From Gordius albopunctatus (lineage: Eukaryota), in NCBI GenBank assembly GCA_964276515.1, contig OZ193910.1, forward strand, positions 682,001 through 746,000: a stretch of DNA of 64,000 nucleotides, read 5' to 3'. Shown piece by piece: positions 1 through 13,300 of the stretch (position 1 is its first letter; each line of letters begins with the position of its first letter). A program made the position numbers and the translations under genes. Under the pieces are notes generated by a model that ran no database searches, was not told where the DNA came from, and saw nothing but the letters and a program-made list of their open reading frames with translations.

Positions 1-1197
1 TCCCAAAGGTGTACTTTCCACCATTCCAATATTTCTATTTTTCTCGTTGATCCTTAACTTTATGTAGGTGTGGATTTCCTTTACTTTATAAAATTCTTTC
101 CGAATATTTTCAGCTATTAGGAGTATATTTTTTTGTTCCATACTCAATCGTTTGTATATTAGAAAAGGCGTAAAATGAATGAATCAATAACTTGTAATTA
201 ATTGATTTTTTGTAATTATTGTTTTAAGCAGAACAAAAGACTACTTAGACTACTACTTATAAATTATTTACTTCTAAATTATTCCCGGCCCGGAATTTCT
301 AATCCTCAAAATTTGAGGCCCGAGCCCGGCCCGGGCCTCGGGCCGCCCGTGCAGGTCTCTACGGGGAACTAGGGGAAAATATATATATAGTTTAATTGCT
401 TTATCCCCATCTGGTTTTCGTTAAAACTCACGATGCGATGGTAATAAATTAAAGTACAAAAGCAGTTGTATGTGGGGACTAGAGTCGGGCAAACAACGGG
501 ATTGAGATGTCGTAACACCCTCCGTCGCTAACCTACTTCTGAGTTGTGATACTGTGTGGCATTTCAATCTCAGGTCACTTACGACCTACTCTGGTCACGA
601 CTGGTTTGAATGTATCCCAAGTATCCAGAAGTTTCGTATGTTATGCCCTCCATCTAATTATTAAAGAATATCCCCGCAAAAATTGTCACGAGATAAAAGC
701 TACCGAGGCTCAACACCCACTCATTACAAGTTAAATAAATATTCCTTTCATCCTCGAACCATCCGATCCTTCTTTAGAAGGTAGGATGTGCCCCTACGGA
801 GCTTCTATAATCCCCTGGGATGTTGGTAAGTTCCTAGAATGGGACTATAACTGCATTGATATGTTAGCGCCATCTAATAATAATAATAATTTGAACCAAC
901 ATTTTTGTGCGGAAGATCGAAAAAAACACTCAAATATCGAGTTATGCTCGATCTAAAATTTGTATTCCAATAGTAGCTTCCTGTTCCACCATTCTGGCAA
1001 AAAGCTTTACTATTTTTTAAATTGATAAGAAACAGATCCCCTAAAGCTAGATACTCACCCATCTTATTTTACGTCTAAAAATCGGCATTTTAATAGCTAA
1101 ATATAATTACAGATCTTTATCGGACGCGTGGCCCTTGTTGGCTATTGACGAATGTGATGACTAGTTTTTTATTTATATAGGTTTATGCTCGTTTATT

Positions 1198-1816
1198 GAG
1201 GCGTAGTGGGTAGAGGTTTAGTCTTTGAAGCAAGAGCTCGTAGGCAAAGACCAGATTTGCCCGGCTCGCTGCCCGCCCGGCCCACGGGCCGGGCAACTGT
1301 CGTAAATTTTAACAAATTTCGGGCGGGCACCATAACAAGATTTGGCCTCAATTTTGTTTTTAAAATAATGTATTATATTGTTTTTGTCTATATTTTGCCA
1401 CTTTTTAAATTGATTTCATAATGTTAGTTAATTCTAGTTCTCATTTAAAAAAAGAATCAAAAATTAAGATAAATTTTTTAAAAAATATAACGATATAAGT
1501 GCTGAAAATTTTAAAACACACCATTTCGGGCCGGGCAGCTGGGATAATTCGGGCATTGTCGGGCGGACACATAGAAGGGTTTGGGCGGGCTCGGGCGGGC
1601 AGATTAATTATAAAATCGGACAGGGTTCAGGCAGAAAAATTCTAACGAATCTGACCTCTGCTCGCAGGTTCAATCCCGCCTCTGGCACTTATTTCAAAAA
1701 AGATTAAAAATCACATCGTCACCACGGCTGTCAGACCTGGATAGCCGAGCATCACCCCTTATCCAAATATCTAAAGAAGCTGACCACCTTAGTGTAACAG
1801 ACAGCTATTGGAATTT
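1198..1816 (+). mobile_element. tRNA-derived SINE with RTE-type 3' tail, interrupted by a MITE
   Basis: 16-bp TSD tttatgctcgtttatt at 1182-1197 and 1817-1832; A-box-like start gcgtagtgggtag; B box GGTTCAATCCC directly after the MITE; tail agctgaccac...acagctattggaatttttt; related copies at 29686-29861, 45284-45455 and 53150-53325. Confidence 0.85.
1245..1660. mobile_element. hAT-like MITE with GC-rich cccgg/cgggc subterminal motifs, nested in the SINE head
   Basis: 8-bp TSD ctcgtagg (1237-1244) / ctcgcagg (1661-1668); imperfect TIRs caaagaccagatt / aatctgacctctg. Confidence 0.75.
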
Positions 1817-2433
1817 TTTATGCTCGTTTATTCTAAGAGCATTTTAAGAAAAATAAATATTTACTTTCCGTGAGGGGAGACTGTTACATTTGTGTTCAGT
1901 GAGAAGGATGGAACATTTACCTTTAGTGAGGGGATACAGTGACAGGGGGGAGGGAAGAGTGTATGCTTGATGCTTGCCCCGACAATTGAATCAATAGTTA
2001 AAATCACATATTTTGTGTAGTTTAATGAAAAAAAATACAATAATTTTACGATTTTTCATGTTTCAAACTAACCTATAGCAAGGTTAACCATACAAATACA
2101 TAAATTAATACGTTACAACCTAGGATACAACTATTTTAAGAAATTTTTGAAAAGGAGTTATTTGCGCAAGTTATAATCAAACTGGGTATTTTTAAAATAA
2201 TTTATCATGAGAAATGGAGAATATTCAATTTTTTTAATTTATAAAATAGAAATGAATCAGAGTTTATACATATTTAACCACTTATTTTAGTAAATAAATA
2301 AACAACGGATTAGTCATTATCTCTCGCAACAAAGAGTATAACGCCTTTAAGCTTGTTTATATTATTTTGGCCAAACAGGCATAAAAATATTTTTCCCTTA
2401 CTCTCAATACTCGTACCTTTTAAATTTTTGATT

Positions 2434-4863
2434 ATGCAAACACCGCTCCAAAATTTTAAAGATCTTACCATCCTATTTATAATAATTATTCTCATAAATG
2501 TTGCAAGAACTCAAAATTGTCAAAGCCATACATTTAGTCAAGTCTGCTCATGTCTCGAAAAGGGGAAATTTATTGAAATAACTTGCAATGATAGCGACTT
2601 CAATAGCGTCAAACGCGATCTTAAATTATATGACGATGTCAAAATTGAAAGGTTGATATTGAAATATAATAGAATTCCTCTTCTCAATGTCGGCATATTT
2701 GGCCGCTTGAAATTCAAACATCTCGTTTTATCCGATAATGGTATTTTCAAAATTGAAGAAAAAGCATTCAGTCAGCTTAGGAATATTTTGGAATCATTGG
2801 AATTTCGTGAAATGAATGACACTCACCATCAAGGAAAGTATAATTTCAATAAAGATATATTAGTCGCTTTCCAAAAACTAACTAAGTTAAAACGATTAAA
2901 GATCGAAAGTAATGATTTTTATGTCATGCCTAAACGGGCTTTAGACGGGTTTAAGTCACTGGAGGTAGTGGATATTATAGCCTCTAACATGACTTACATC
3001 GATGATAAAGCCTTTCAAGGCAACACAAAACTGAAGGCATTAACTATCTCTGCCAATCTTTATAAATATCTTCTATCCCCAAAACTTCTCGAGTATCTGC
3101 CCAGCCTGGAATCTTTATCATTAGCCCGTTCAAATATTTCACATGTACCCGTAGATGCTTTCAGTAGAGCTAGTCTTATCTTGACTCACCTCTACTTAAA
3201 TGATAACGAGATCAAACGTATGTTACCGAACACGTTCGCAAGCTTAACCAACTTAGTACATTTAGATCTGTCCGGTAATAACTTAAAAACATTAGAGGAG
3301 TCCTGTTTTTCACAATTGACCGCACTTCAGAGTCTACAGCTGGGAAACAATAAAATAAGGGAAATAGATGGAACTGCTTTTACGAGATTGAACGGTCTGC
3401 GCTTACTTAATTTGAGTTATAATCTTATAGAGAACGTAAACGATTCTTTTAATATTCTAAGAAAACTAAAAGTCCTACACCTGGATCATAACTTGATTAG
3501 CGATTTGAGTAACACTTTGATAACCAATTCAAACACCACTTTGGATTTGTTAAATTTGTCGGGAAATCGCATTACCTCCATAGATAAGAGAAACTTTAAT
3601 CGAGTGAAAGGATTAGACTTGTCTAATAATTCTTTGACAAATATATCCTTAAATATGGATTTCACGACACAATTGGAATGGCTTCTGTTGGATTACAATA
3701 TATTGACAAAATTGTCACTAAGCGACGCAAACTTTTCGTCTCTGCCCTTGAAATATTTAGGCCTCACAGGTAAACAATTCTAATATATGGTTGATTCTTT
3801 TAATTTATATGATATTTTTAACAAATAATAATGTCCAAATCTTAATTTATGGTTGAGAAATGTATTCCAAATTTACTTTAACTTGTCATTTCAGATATAT
3901 TCACATCATTGCCTAAGACTATTACAATCGTATATAAGATAAAAGAAATAAACTTAAAGCTATGATATGTGTTCCATATTCTCAATATAAAATTCATTTT
4001 CAATAATAGTTGAAAGGTTTTGAGAGTTGGCATAAGCAAACACTAATAATGTGCTTTATCTAACTAGGCTCTAAGTGTTTATCTGCAGACAAGCAATCTA
4101 TTTAAGGTTGTTAGATAGATATTATAAAAAACCCGAATTGTAACATCACAGCTTTTCAAAGTATACCGATTATAACATATGTAAAAGAATGAATATGTCC
4201 TATATACCCGGAAATTAAAATTCGTTTCATAAATGTTTTAATTAAAATATTTGAAATTGTAGAATAAATATTTAACCTTTAGGCAACCTATGGACGTGCG
4301 ATTGTCAACTCAAAGATTTGATATTTTTATATCAAAAAGTGAGAAATAACACAAGCAAAGCCAAAACAAACTATTCCAATTTCACTATCAATAACATTAA
4401 AAAACCTGCCATATGTTATAAACCTTCCGAACTTTATGGAAGGCGTCTATTTGAATTAAAGGAAAGCGATTTAAAATGCTTTGATAAAGTTTTAAATATT
4501 TCGGTTGATATTATTAATTCATCGACCTCAAACATGAATGGATGTAAAAGTGATGACGTGCCCTCAAAAGTTTCAAGATGGAGTCTATTATATTTCTACA
4601 ATTCAAAGGTGCGTATATGCTTAGGATTCGCGATTGGTTCAATAGTTGTCATATGCATTTTAATTATACTATCATACATAAATTACAGATTAAACAGAGT
4701 GGATAATTATAAAAGTCATAAAAAATTTCTAAAATCATTTACAAACAACAAAAACCAAATTGATCGTGAAGTGAATATATCACCACCAATAATAATTAAA
4801 ACTATAGATGCCCAAGGTATAGCTGTAGCACCTACTAACAATATCACCAGTAATGAATCTTAA
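2434..4863 (+). CDS. Single-pass leucine-rich-repeat membrane protein (2 exons: 2434-3769, 4283-4863)
   Basis: Hydrophobic signal-like segment, LRRNT-like cysteines (CSC...ITC), many LxxLxLxxN repeats; a GT-AG intron 3770-4282 joins in frame to the LRRCT motif GNLWTCDC; TM segment ICLGFAIGSIVVICILIILSYI; short cytoplasmic tail without a TIR domain. Confidence 0.85.
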
Positions 4864-5059
4864 AATTGAATATTGAATCACTTTAAATATATATATTATT
4901 ATAATAAATATCAAACTGATTTCTTTATTTCAGAGAATTAATAAATGTATAAAAAAGGAGCCGATGTATATCAAATGGTGTGTGTGTGTAAAATAATACT
5001 CTATTAAGTGTTTTTTGTTGTAAAATGGGCAGTTTTAGTTTTTGAATTATACGAGACAT

Positions 5060-7265
5060 TTAATTTTTCTTAAGATGACTTTCTAAATAGCTTTTTCTAG
5101 ATTTTAAATGTTCTGGTAATAAGCTGAAGAAGGGATGCCTCAAGATTGAGGCTGCGGTGATTCTTCTGTAAGGATCAAATTCAAGCATACAATAGATGAG
5201 GCTAAATAATTGCACGTGTTCCTTGGTGTTTGAGAGCAAATAATTCTAAAGTACATGTAATAATTAATAATCATTTTTGCAATCATACAAAAGAAAACTA
5301 TACAACACGGGTGTAGCCAGCACTGAAATTAGGGGGGGCAATAATGATTTAGGGAGAGGCAAAAGGATCATTTTTTGAGATTTTAGCCAATTTTAACAAT
5401 TTTTGGATTTAGAGGAGGACAGCCGCTCCTCCCTGCCCCCCCCCGTGGCTACGCCCATGGAACTATAATATGTATACATTGTACTTTGAGCGGTCGACAA
5501 TTTTGCTTGAGGTATTTGGCAGATGGATTGTTTTCGTCGAAAAGCAGTTTTCCGTTCACAAAATGTGATGTCCTAATGACAAACTTACTAACAATTTGTG
5601 TTTTTAATATTCTTACTTTGATTTATTGATCAAATGAATAGGAATGGGGCCTAGAATTTTCTGTATCATCGCCAAATGTTCTTTGTCATCGTGTGTCTAA
5701 TAAATAAAACTAACTTCTAAATTTTGTCCAAAGTTTTTAATTTGATAAAAATATTATACAAATAGTATAAATATGAAATTAAGGTGAGGTAAGAGAAAGA
5801 ATAGCTTGTATAATTTATATTATAAAATTGTGGGGTTTTGAAAATATAGAGAATAAAATAATGGTTATAAGATTGGCCGAGAAAAAGAATATTAAAAGAT
5901 TCTCACGTATTCATACGGTTAACAATTTAGTTATTAAATAAATATCGTTTAAATACTTGGAATAATGTAAAGCCTCTGTATATTTCAAATAGTATCGAAC
6001 CTATACTCCAAATATCGCAACTTTGAAACCAACCTAATTCTATTAAATAAATTACAATTTATAAAATAAGCATATTAAATTATTGTAGATGTTTGTGTGA
6101 AACTATTAAATTCTATGGATTGAACCTAAAATAACTTCCAAGGCTCTGTAATGGCGAGTTGAAATTAACGAACTATGATGTTCGCTATCAAATGTGGCAG
6201 AACCGAAATCAATTAATTTTATGTCTGTCCGACTAATTTTCATATATTTTTTGCCCTAAAATTAAAAATAATAATTATCTTTAAAAATAAATTAAACAAA
6301 TATTACCGTTAAACCATCGTAGGTGGTAGTAAAGGTTGAATCAAGAAATAGCATATTTTCCGGTTTTAAATCTGTATGTGTCAATTGGTTCTCGTGTAAG
6401 ACTAGTTGAATTTAAAAGATATAGATTTTAAATCATATGATTAAATTATTAATTTATTAAAAATAAATGATTAAGTTCTGCTTACAATTACAAGCGTGGC
6501 ATAATTGGTAAATTATATGCCTTATTTGTTCCATTGGATATGGCTGATAATCGTTGTTTTTCTAATGGATAAATATTTCATAATTTTCCAAATCAAATTT
6601 AAATTAATAGGATTTAAGCATAAAAATCGTTTGGTTTAAATATCGTACCAAAAAATCGAAAACACTCAATCCCAGCACCTCGAAACTGATGCAAATGTGT
6701 CCTTGATAATCAAACCAATCGATCAGGCTAACGCATAATCTAAAAAACATTGAATATTTTCATTTTTATAATAATTAAAAAAAACTAAAAAGACTATTTA
6801 CGATTTTCCTATGGGATCCAAAGATTTGATTGTCTCCAGTACGTTTATTTCTAACTTTGCCGCTTCCCTATACTTCTCCACGTTTTTGATTATTTTTAGA
6901 GCTTGTGTGGGTGGGGATCCATTATATCGTCTATTTGTTAAATTAACATTATTTATTTATTTATATTTATTTATTTATTTATAACCTTTTATCGGCAACC
7001 ATAACGACTCTCCCAAACGTGCCTTCACCCAAAGTAGATATAATTTCATCTATATCACGAAATATTAAAAAATTAGATTACATATATGTATTTTTTTCAA
7101 TTTTTTTTATATGTCTAATTTAACTTACACCTGTGCTTGATGAGATCTCCATTTTGATAAATCAGGTGACCGAATTTGTCGTCTTTGACGTTAGCCACTT
7201 CTCGAAACGATGATTTGATCGAACGTTTCTGCAATAAAATCGATATAAAAAACTAAATGTACCAT
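5060..7265 (-). CDS. CLK: CLK/Doa-family (LAMMER) dual-specificity protein kinase, 12 small exons; start codon uncertain
   Basis: Manual splicing (introns 7229-7262, 7050-7128, 6931-6985, 6740-6801, 6562-6648, 6402-6485, 6256-6306, 6040-6125, 5697-5956, 5573-5616, 5246-5484, all GT-AG) gives [33 protein letters not shown]...[22 protein letters not shown]...HTDLKPEN...[11 protein letters not shown]...[16 protein letters not shown]...[19 protein letters not shown]...HPFF with stop TAA at 5062-5060. Confidence 0.92.
5306..5459. mobile_element. Short MITE of the CATGGGCGTAGCC...GGCTACGCCCATG family, in the last CLK intron
   Basis: Terminal inverted ends plus internal G/C tracts; related copies near 7986-8124, 8496-8650, 9866-10033, 12499-12665, 14368-14524, 30216-30360, 40981-41100 and 45219-45546. 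Confidence 0.8.
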
Positions 7266-7291
7266 AACGGAGAAAAACAGCTGTTTTCTTA

Positions 7292-7303
7292 AATGACGTC
7301 ATT
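7292..7303. promoter_or_regulatory. CRE/ATF-type palindrome aaTGACGTCAtt about 30 bp upstream of the putative CLK ATG
   Basis: Perfect 12-bp palindrome containing TGACGTCA; function is inferred from position only. Confidence 0.25.
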
Positions 7304-10300
7304 GTATATTTAAACAATTTAATGTTCCTCGCGATATATTAAAACCATATGTGAGGTGATTAAAAGTTGCAACTGGGGATGATTTCATATAAAACTTCTT
7401 AATTTTGAAAAAGCTTATAGGAATTTGGAAGATTTAAAATGTTATAAATATTTTATTTGTAGCTTGATGCTTAATGATTCAATTGTCTTTCATATCGCAA
7501 TTAATGATGATAAGTTTAAAAAATATTTAATAAAAAGGGTAAATTATATGTTTGTAAAGTATCTGGACTGGGTAGGTAGCATGGGCATTTGAAGGGGGGG
7601 CAATAATGATTAAGGTTAAAGTATTAGTATATTTAAACTTTCGGGAACATTCTTTTAAGTGCGCATGACAGATCTTAACTAGCCAAATTTATTAGCTTCG
7701 CTTAATTGGTCACGTGTCTATTTCGATCAAGCATTTTTTGGCTAACTCGTTGCAACTTCCTCCGCGCTGCATAGTCTGATGATATCTGACGCTCTATTTT
7801 TATGAATTAGTCATAAAATAATAGACTTCTAACCAGGAACAGGATTTAAAAGAGAGAGGTGATTCGTATCGATTTGTAGTCATGAAACTTTGTCCACAAT
7901 TAAATTCAAAATATTTCATATTAGGGTGGTCTCCTTGGCTACTGTCAAGTTTACTAGCGTTTTAATTGGATGAAACACTGAAAAGCATGGGCGTTGCTAG
8001 GGTTGGAATTAAACGGGGGAGGGGCAAAATGATCATTTTTTGGAATTTTAGCTAGGATTCTATCAATTTTTAATAAATTTTTGAATATAGAGGGGCTGCC
8101 TGCCACCCCCAAGCTGCGCCCATAAATTGGTTGGTTTTGAACCTTTGATATTTAAAAATAAAATAGATCGATAGACTGATAAAATTGTTTAGCCTTATCT
8201 GCAGGCCCGAGATTCAGCCCAACCTGAACCAGGCCCAAAGGGATTTTGGACCAATAAATTAATCAGGATTCGGGTTAAGCTTCAGGGGCCAATCCGAGCT
8301 GCGGTCTTAGTCTACCCTAAGCAAACCCTAGTTAACGAGGCATTTAGTAATGATAATTGCTTTAAAAAACAAAATCTTTTTCAAATAATAGAATGCTGCT
8401 AGCTTTAAACCGTTCTCAATAAAAAAATTGTTTAAATATACATTTATAATTATGTTAAAAAAGGTATTGAGACGCAAAATAATATCTGTCAGTTTCATTG
8501 GTGCGGCCAAGGGGCAGCTGCCCCCCCCCCCTTAAATCCAAAAATTTGTCGAAATATAGAAATTATGTCGCTAGAAAAAAAATGTTCGTTTGCCCCCATC
8601 CCCTAAATCATTATTGCCACCCTCTAATTCCAAAGCTGGCTACCACCATGTCAGTCAGTGAGAACTCTAAAATTTATTGCAGCTAGCCCAATTATAGTCT
8701 CTATTTTATACCCATCATCAATTCTTGTTTTAAATTACCTATCAACAGCCATCATTTTTAGCCTCAATGTAGGGATTTATATAGCAATAAATAAAAATCA
8801 AAAAATTGGTTTCGGGCAGGTCGAGAAAGTCATTTTTTAGCATTTCCTTTATTAAAGCGGCTACAGAATCAAAAAAAAAGTTGAAACACCTATATGCTCA
8901 TCAACTCAAATAGGGTATAACCTACCCCGTCAATTGTTAGTCGTATATCATTCATGCTTATTCATCTTTACATTACTTCCTTGTTATTTGCAAGCTAACT
9001 TTTGAGTTCAGAACCCTAGCATTTCTGTAGTATCTATTAGATAGATTTCTAAGTTGAAAGACTAGAAAATTAGAGTGAGAGGAAGGCCGTGTGTTGTTAA
9101 AGAGTTTAATAGCGCCAGTAACAAATGGGTTATCCTCATTCTAGCGATTTTCTGTTAGAAATTTTATTTCCCCCTTCTAAGTTCTAATTCTAACTAGTAG
9201 GGTTCAAGAAGCTCTTGGTGCGTGTGTGCTAGTTTGTTTGTGGTTTGTGGTATTTATTTGGAACTTCTATTTCTGTATTTCGGTGCGCTATCCCTCTTTT
9301 AAGCGTCATTTAACCATGGTTTGTTTTTTGCCTTTTTTGATCAAAAATTTTAATTCTCCAAATCGCTGGGCTCTTAACGTCTTTTTAAATCTAAACTATT
9401 AAAACTCTCTTTATTATAAAAACATATATTAATAAACTGGAAGTAACACTTTAGATTTTCATCAATTTTAAAAATTGAAAGAAGGTAGTTTTTCAATAAT
9501 TGCAACCTAGTAGCAAAAAAACTGCTTTTTCAAATGCACTTAAATCAAAAAAAAAGTATTTTAAAAAAATGTAATCCTTAAAATCCTATAATATGCTTAG
9601 TATAAATTCAAGTTAAATATATTTTTTCGAATTTTTAGTGAAAGAAATTAATTTATAACTGAAAGAATATAAAACGCCACCCTTTGACGATCGAAATATA
9701 AATTATATCAATGTTTCTACTTTATAAATTATAATTTTATGTTTTATTATTCGATAAAAATATTTATAAGTTATTCGCTTTTGATATTCAAACCTTTTAA
9801 AATATTAAAATGAATAAAAAACATAGAATATATATAAATAATATTTTGCAATATGAAAAGACACACATGGGTTTAGCCAGTATTGAATTTAGAGGTGGGC
9901 AATAATGTTTTACGGCAAAATGATCCTTTTTTTAAATTTTAGCCTTAATAATTATATTAAATTTAGAAGAATTTTTGAATTTCGAGGGAGGGGGTCAGGT
10001 GCTCCTACGTGCCACCCACTGGCTTCGCCTATGAACGAACACCCATATGTTTTTCGTTATATGCTGTTATGAAAATTAATATTTTAAATTGGTATCGAAT
10101 TGCAAAAAATAACTTAGTTTAAATAGGTTAAGGTTTGTTACCCTAAGTCTAATTAAACCAGGCCACCGATTTCATAATACTCTATCGGGATTTCGTTATG
10201 ATTCTTCTTTAAATATTTTTACAAAAAATAAAAATTAGGAATTTTTGTGAATTTTGTCGATTTAGAAAGTGAAAATACGATATATCCTATATATAAAAAC

Positions 10301-13300
10301 GAATTTTAATTTAAAAAAATAAATAAATCATATTTAGATTTTAAATTAATAAAATGAAAATAATATTATTTTTAAATTATTAATAATTTATTAAAAAGGG
10401 CTTAATATAAATACCGGATCTTTTTTGTATGAATTTTTTCCCGCATTTTGTTGTTCAAATATAACTTTAGCCCAAAAATTTTCATATTTTTCATTGATGA
10501 ATGGCATTCCTTTAATCCTATAAGGTAATTAATAGACCCGCAACGAATCAACCATAATTACTAAAAAGCAAGTATTTTTATTTAAATTTTAAATTTATGG
10601 AAAAGCAAGATTCAGGATATTTTTTGATGAACTTTGTATGCGCGATATGGACAGATTGAAAACAATTCTATATTCTGATGCCAGATCTCAAGAGAATAGT
10701 CAGCTGTTTCAAAAAAATCTCCACTCCCTTGGTGATAAGGGAAGGCGAATTCCCTGCTGGATTATTCCCCTAGGCGAGGAAAACTATGTGAATTCCATTT
10801 GAAAATAAAATATGTGGATAGAGGTGTAATAAAATTTTATGCGTTATATTATTAAACATAATTAATGTCGTGAATTTTAGTGTAACAATAAAAAAGCGAA
10901 GTTTTAATGTAAATTTATCGGAAAAATTGCTGAAATTTTTCAATGATCCCCCCCCATTATAATCCTTCCTTATTCCTATGAGGATGGAGCTTCACCATGT
11001 GTGAGTTGATCTCGTAAAAATTTAAAAAAAGTTTTTTTTTCTATCGCCTAAAAAAGTTTGGTTTTCATACAAATATTATATATTTAAAATTATTTTACGA
11101 TAATTTTAATTTTAATGCTTAATATTATTGGATATTTAAGCAATTGTTTAATTTTTTGTAATTTGAAATATTAATTTCTTCCCTCTTTCTCCAATTATAT
11201 TTATTTCAAATGAAAATAAATACGGCATAGCTTTTTGTTGAATAATATTTTTGTAATGTTTTAATTTATTAGCTTTACAATATAATGTTTAAAAATAAAA
11301 ATTTTAGAAAAATTAATAAAAATCAATGCTCAATACTTATATATATTAAAACAATTTAAAATAAAAAAAACAATTAAGATTAGTTATATTTTAACGCTAT
11401 CTAACTTTAAGCAATAACTATAACTTGCGCACATGTTTAAACATACACAAAGATGAGGGCTGAATTAGAGATCTGTTTGGGCAGGCCCGGCTCGCGGACA
11501 GGCCTAAAAGCCAGGCCCACGGATTTTAACGGGCCGGGTTCTGAAGGAGTAAACAGGTTCAATAACGGACTCGGGTGCGATTAAACTTGATATAAATGTT
11601 AGGAAACTTCCTTGCGAATATAATAATATAAAAGAGGGGACGTTATTATATGAGTCACCCTCTCTTAGAAGAGGCCAGTAATCCCAAAGAGATTTGAAAT
11701 TAAACTTTGCGCCCGAAATTGCTATTTATTGTTTTAATAAAAAGGCGTGGTAATATTTAGAGGGAAGGGAGGAGATTGGATAAAGCCAACCCTATTTTTC
11801 CAAAAGATTCTGAACAGGCGGCAAGGTTTGGGAGTAAAAATTTGAGAGCTTGCCCCATCTTCGGCGAGCGAGGGCCATGGCGTAATAATTAGGAAGGGGG
11901 CAAACAAGGCAATGCACGTGTACCTTTGGTTATATAGACGACTAAATGCACACAAACCAAAGAATTTCGGATCTCTTTTTCTTCTAGTTTGCATACAAAC
12001 CCTGGGTCCTCTTTATGTTAAGCCGACCAAAACTAAGGGTCGATTAAACAGAACCCACCCCCTCCACCCCTTTTTACAACACTAGTGTGAAGCCTTATTT
12101 GGAAAAGAGACTATTTTTCTATGGGACTAGTGAGGAACCGTCAGAACCGGGCTCGTAGTTAGGATTTTCTCAAGGGGCAAGAAAAATTCAAAAAAATTTT
12201 CGACACTTTTATCCATAATGTAACAAACGTAAACTTCGCTTACAATGCATATGCCAGACTTCAAGGCGCGCTATGTAACCAGCTTTGGAAAAATCTCCTC
12301 TCTTCAGCAATCAGAGCATTTACTATCCATTTTATACCTTAAAAAAGGACATGGACCTTCAAAAAAATTTCAAATTTTGGTCACTTGGCTACGCACCTGG
12401 TAAGAACGAATTCTACTTTCAAGATGCTCACTCGGTGACTGGACAATGACATTGAATTTAGAGTGTCGCCAATGTCTAAATTTATACAAACTGCAGTCCA
12501 TGGACATAGTCAGGGGGCAGAGAGGGGCGACTGTCCCCCCCCCCCCAATTCAAAAATTTGTTGAAATTAATTAAAATGATGGCTAAAATTGCAAAAAATG
12601 TTCATTTTTCCCCTCCCTAAATCCTTTTGGCCCCCCCTCTAATTCCAAAGCTGGCTACACCGATGCTCGCAATCCTCTAACATAGGGGAATTTCTAGAAA
12701 TAAAATTGCAATTGGAAGAACTACGTGCGCAACTGTAGACATGTGGAAGTGGATATCTAATCACACAAAGATCTTTAAAGCTCAGCATTCTCTCGAATGC
12801 TATAAATGATAATCTCGGAAAATCATTTCTACAACCCCATTTTTGTATAAAAAGATCAGGGTATAATATTAAAATGTGATTTTGAACAAATCACAAAACT
12901 TGGTTATTTATAAAAAAAATTATCTTAATAACATTTTATATGGATAAAGGTTATGGATGAATCTATTTCTTAAAAACGGTCCGTTGCAGATCTCTAAGTT
13001 GAATAAAGGCTCGCACGGGTAAAGCAAAACAACATTTGACCCGAAGTTAACATCGTTTAATTTAACAAAAATGGAATTTAAAAAGTCTTTTAGGTATTTA
13101 AAAAAATTGGACTCGAAACTTGAAGTAGTTGAAATAAAATTAAAGACGTAAATATTACATTTTAGAGCTCCTAAGACCAAATTTTCGACCCAAAAATATT
13201 AATTTATCCACTTATTTTAAAGCTGTTACTTTAATTTATCTACATTTTTTTATTTTTGGGTAGAGTAAGGGTTGAAAATGTAATTTTTTTTAGCCTTTTT

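Noticed and set aside
10598..10803. Short open frame GKARFRIFFDELCMRD...
   Set aside because: No recognisable domain or supported splice partners
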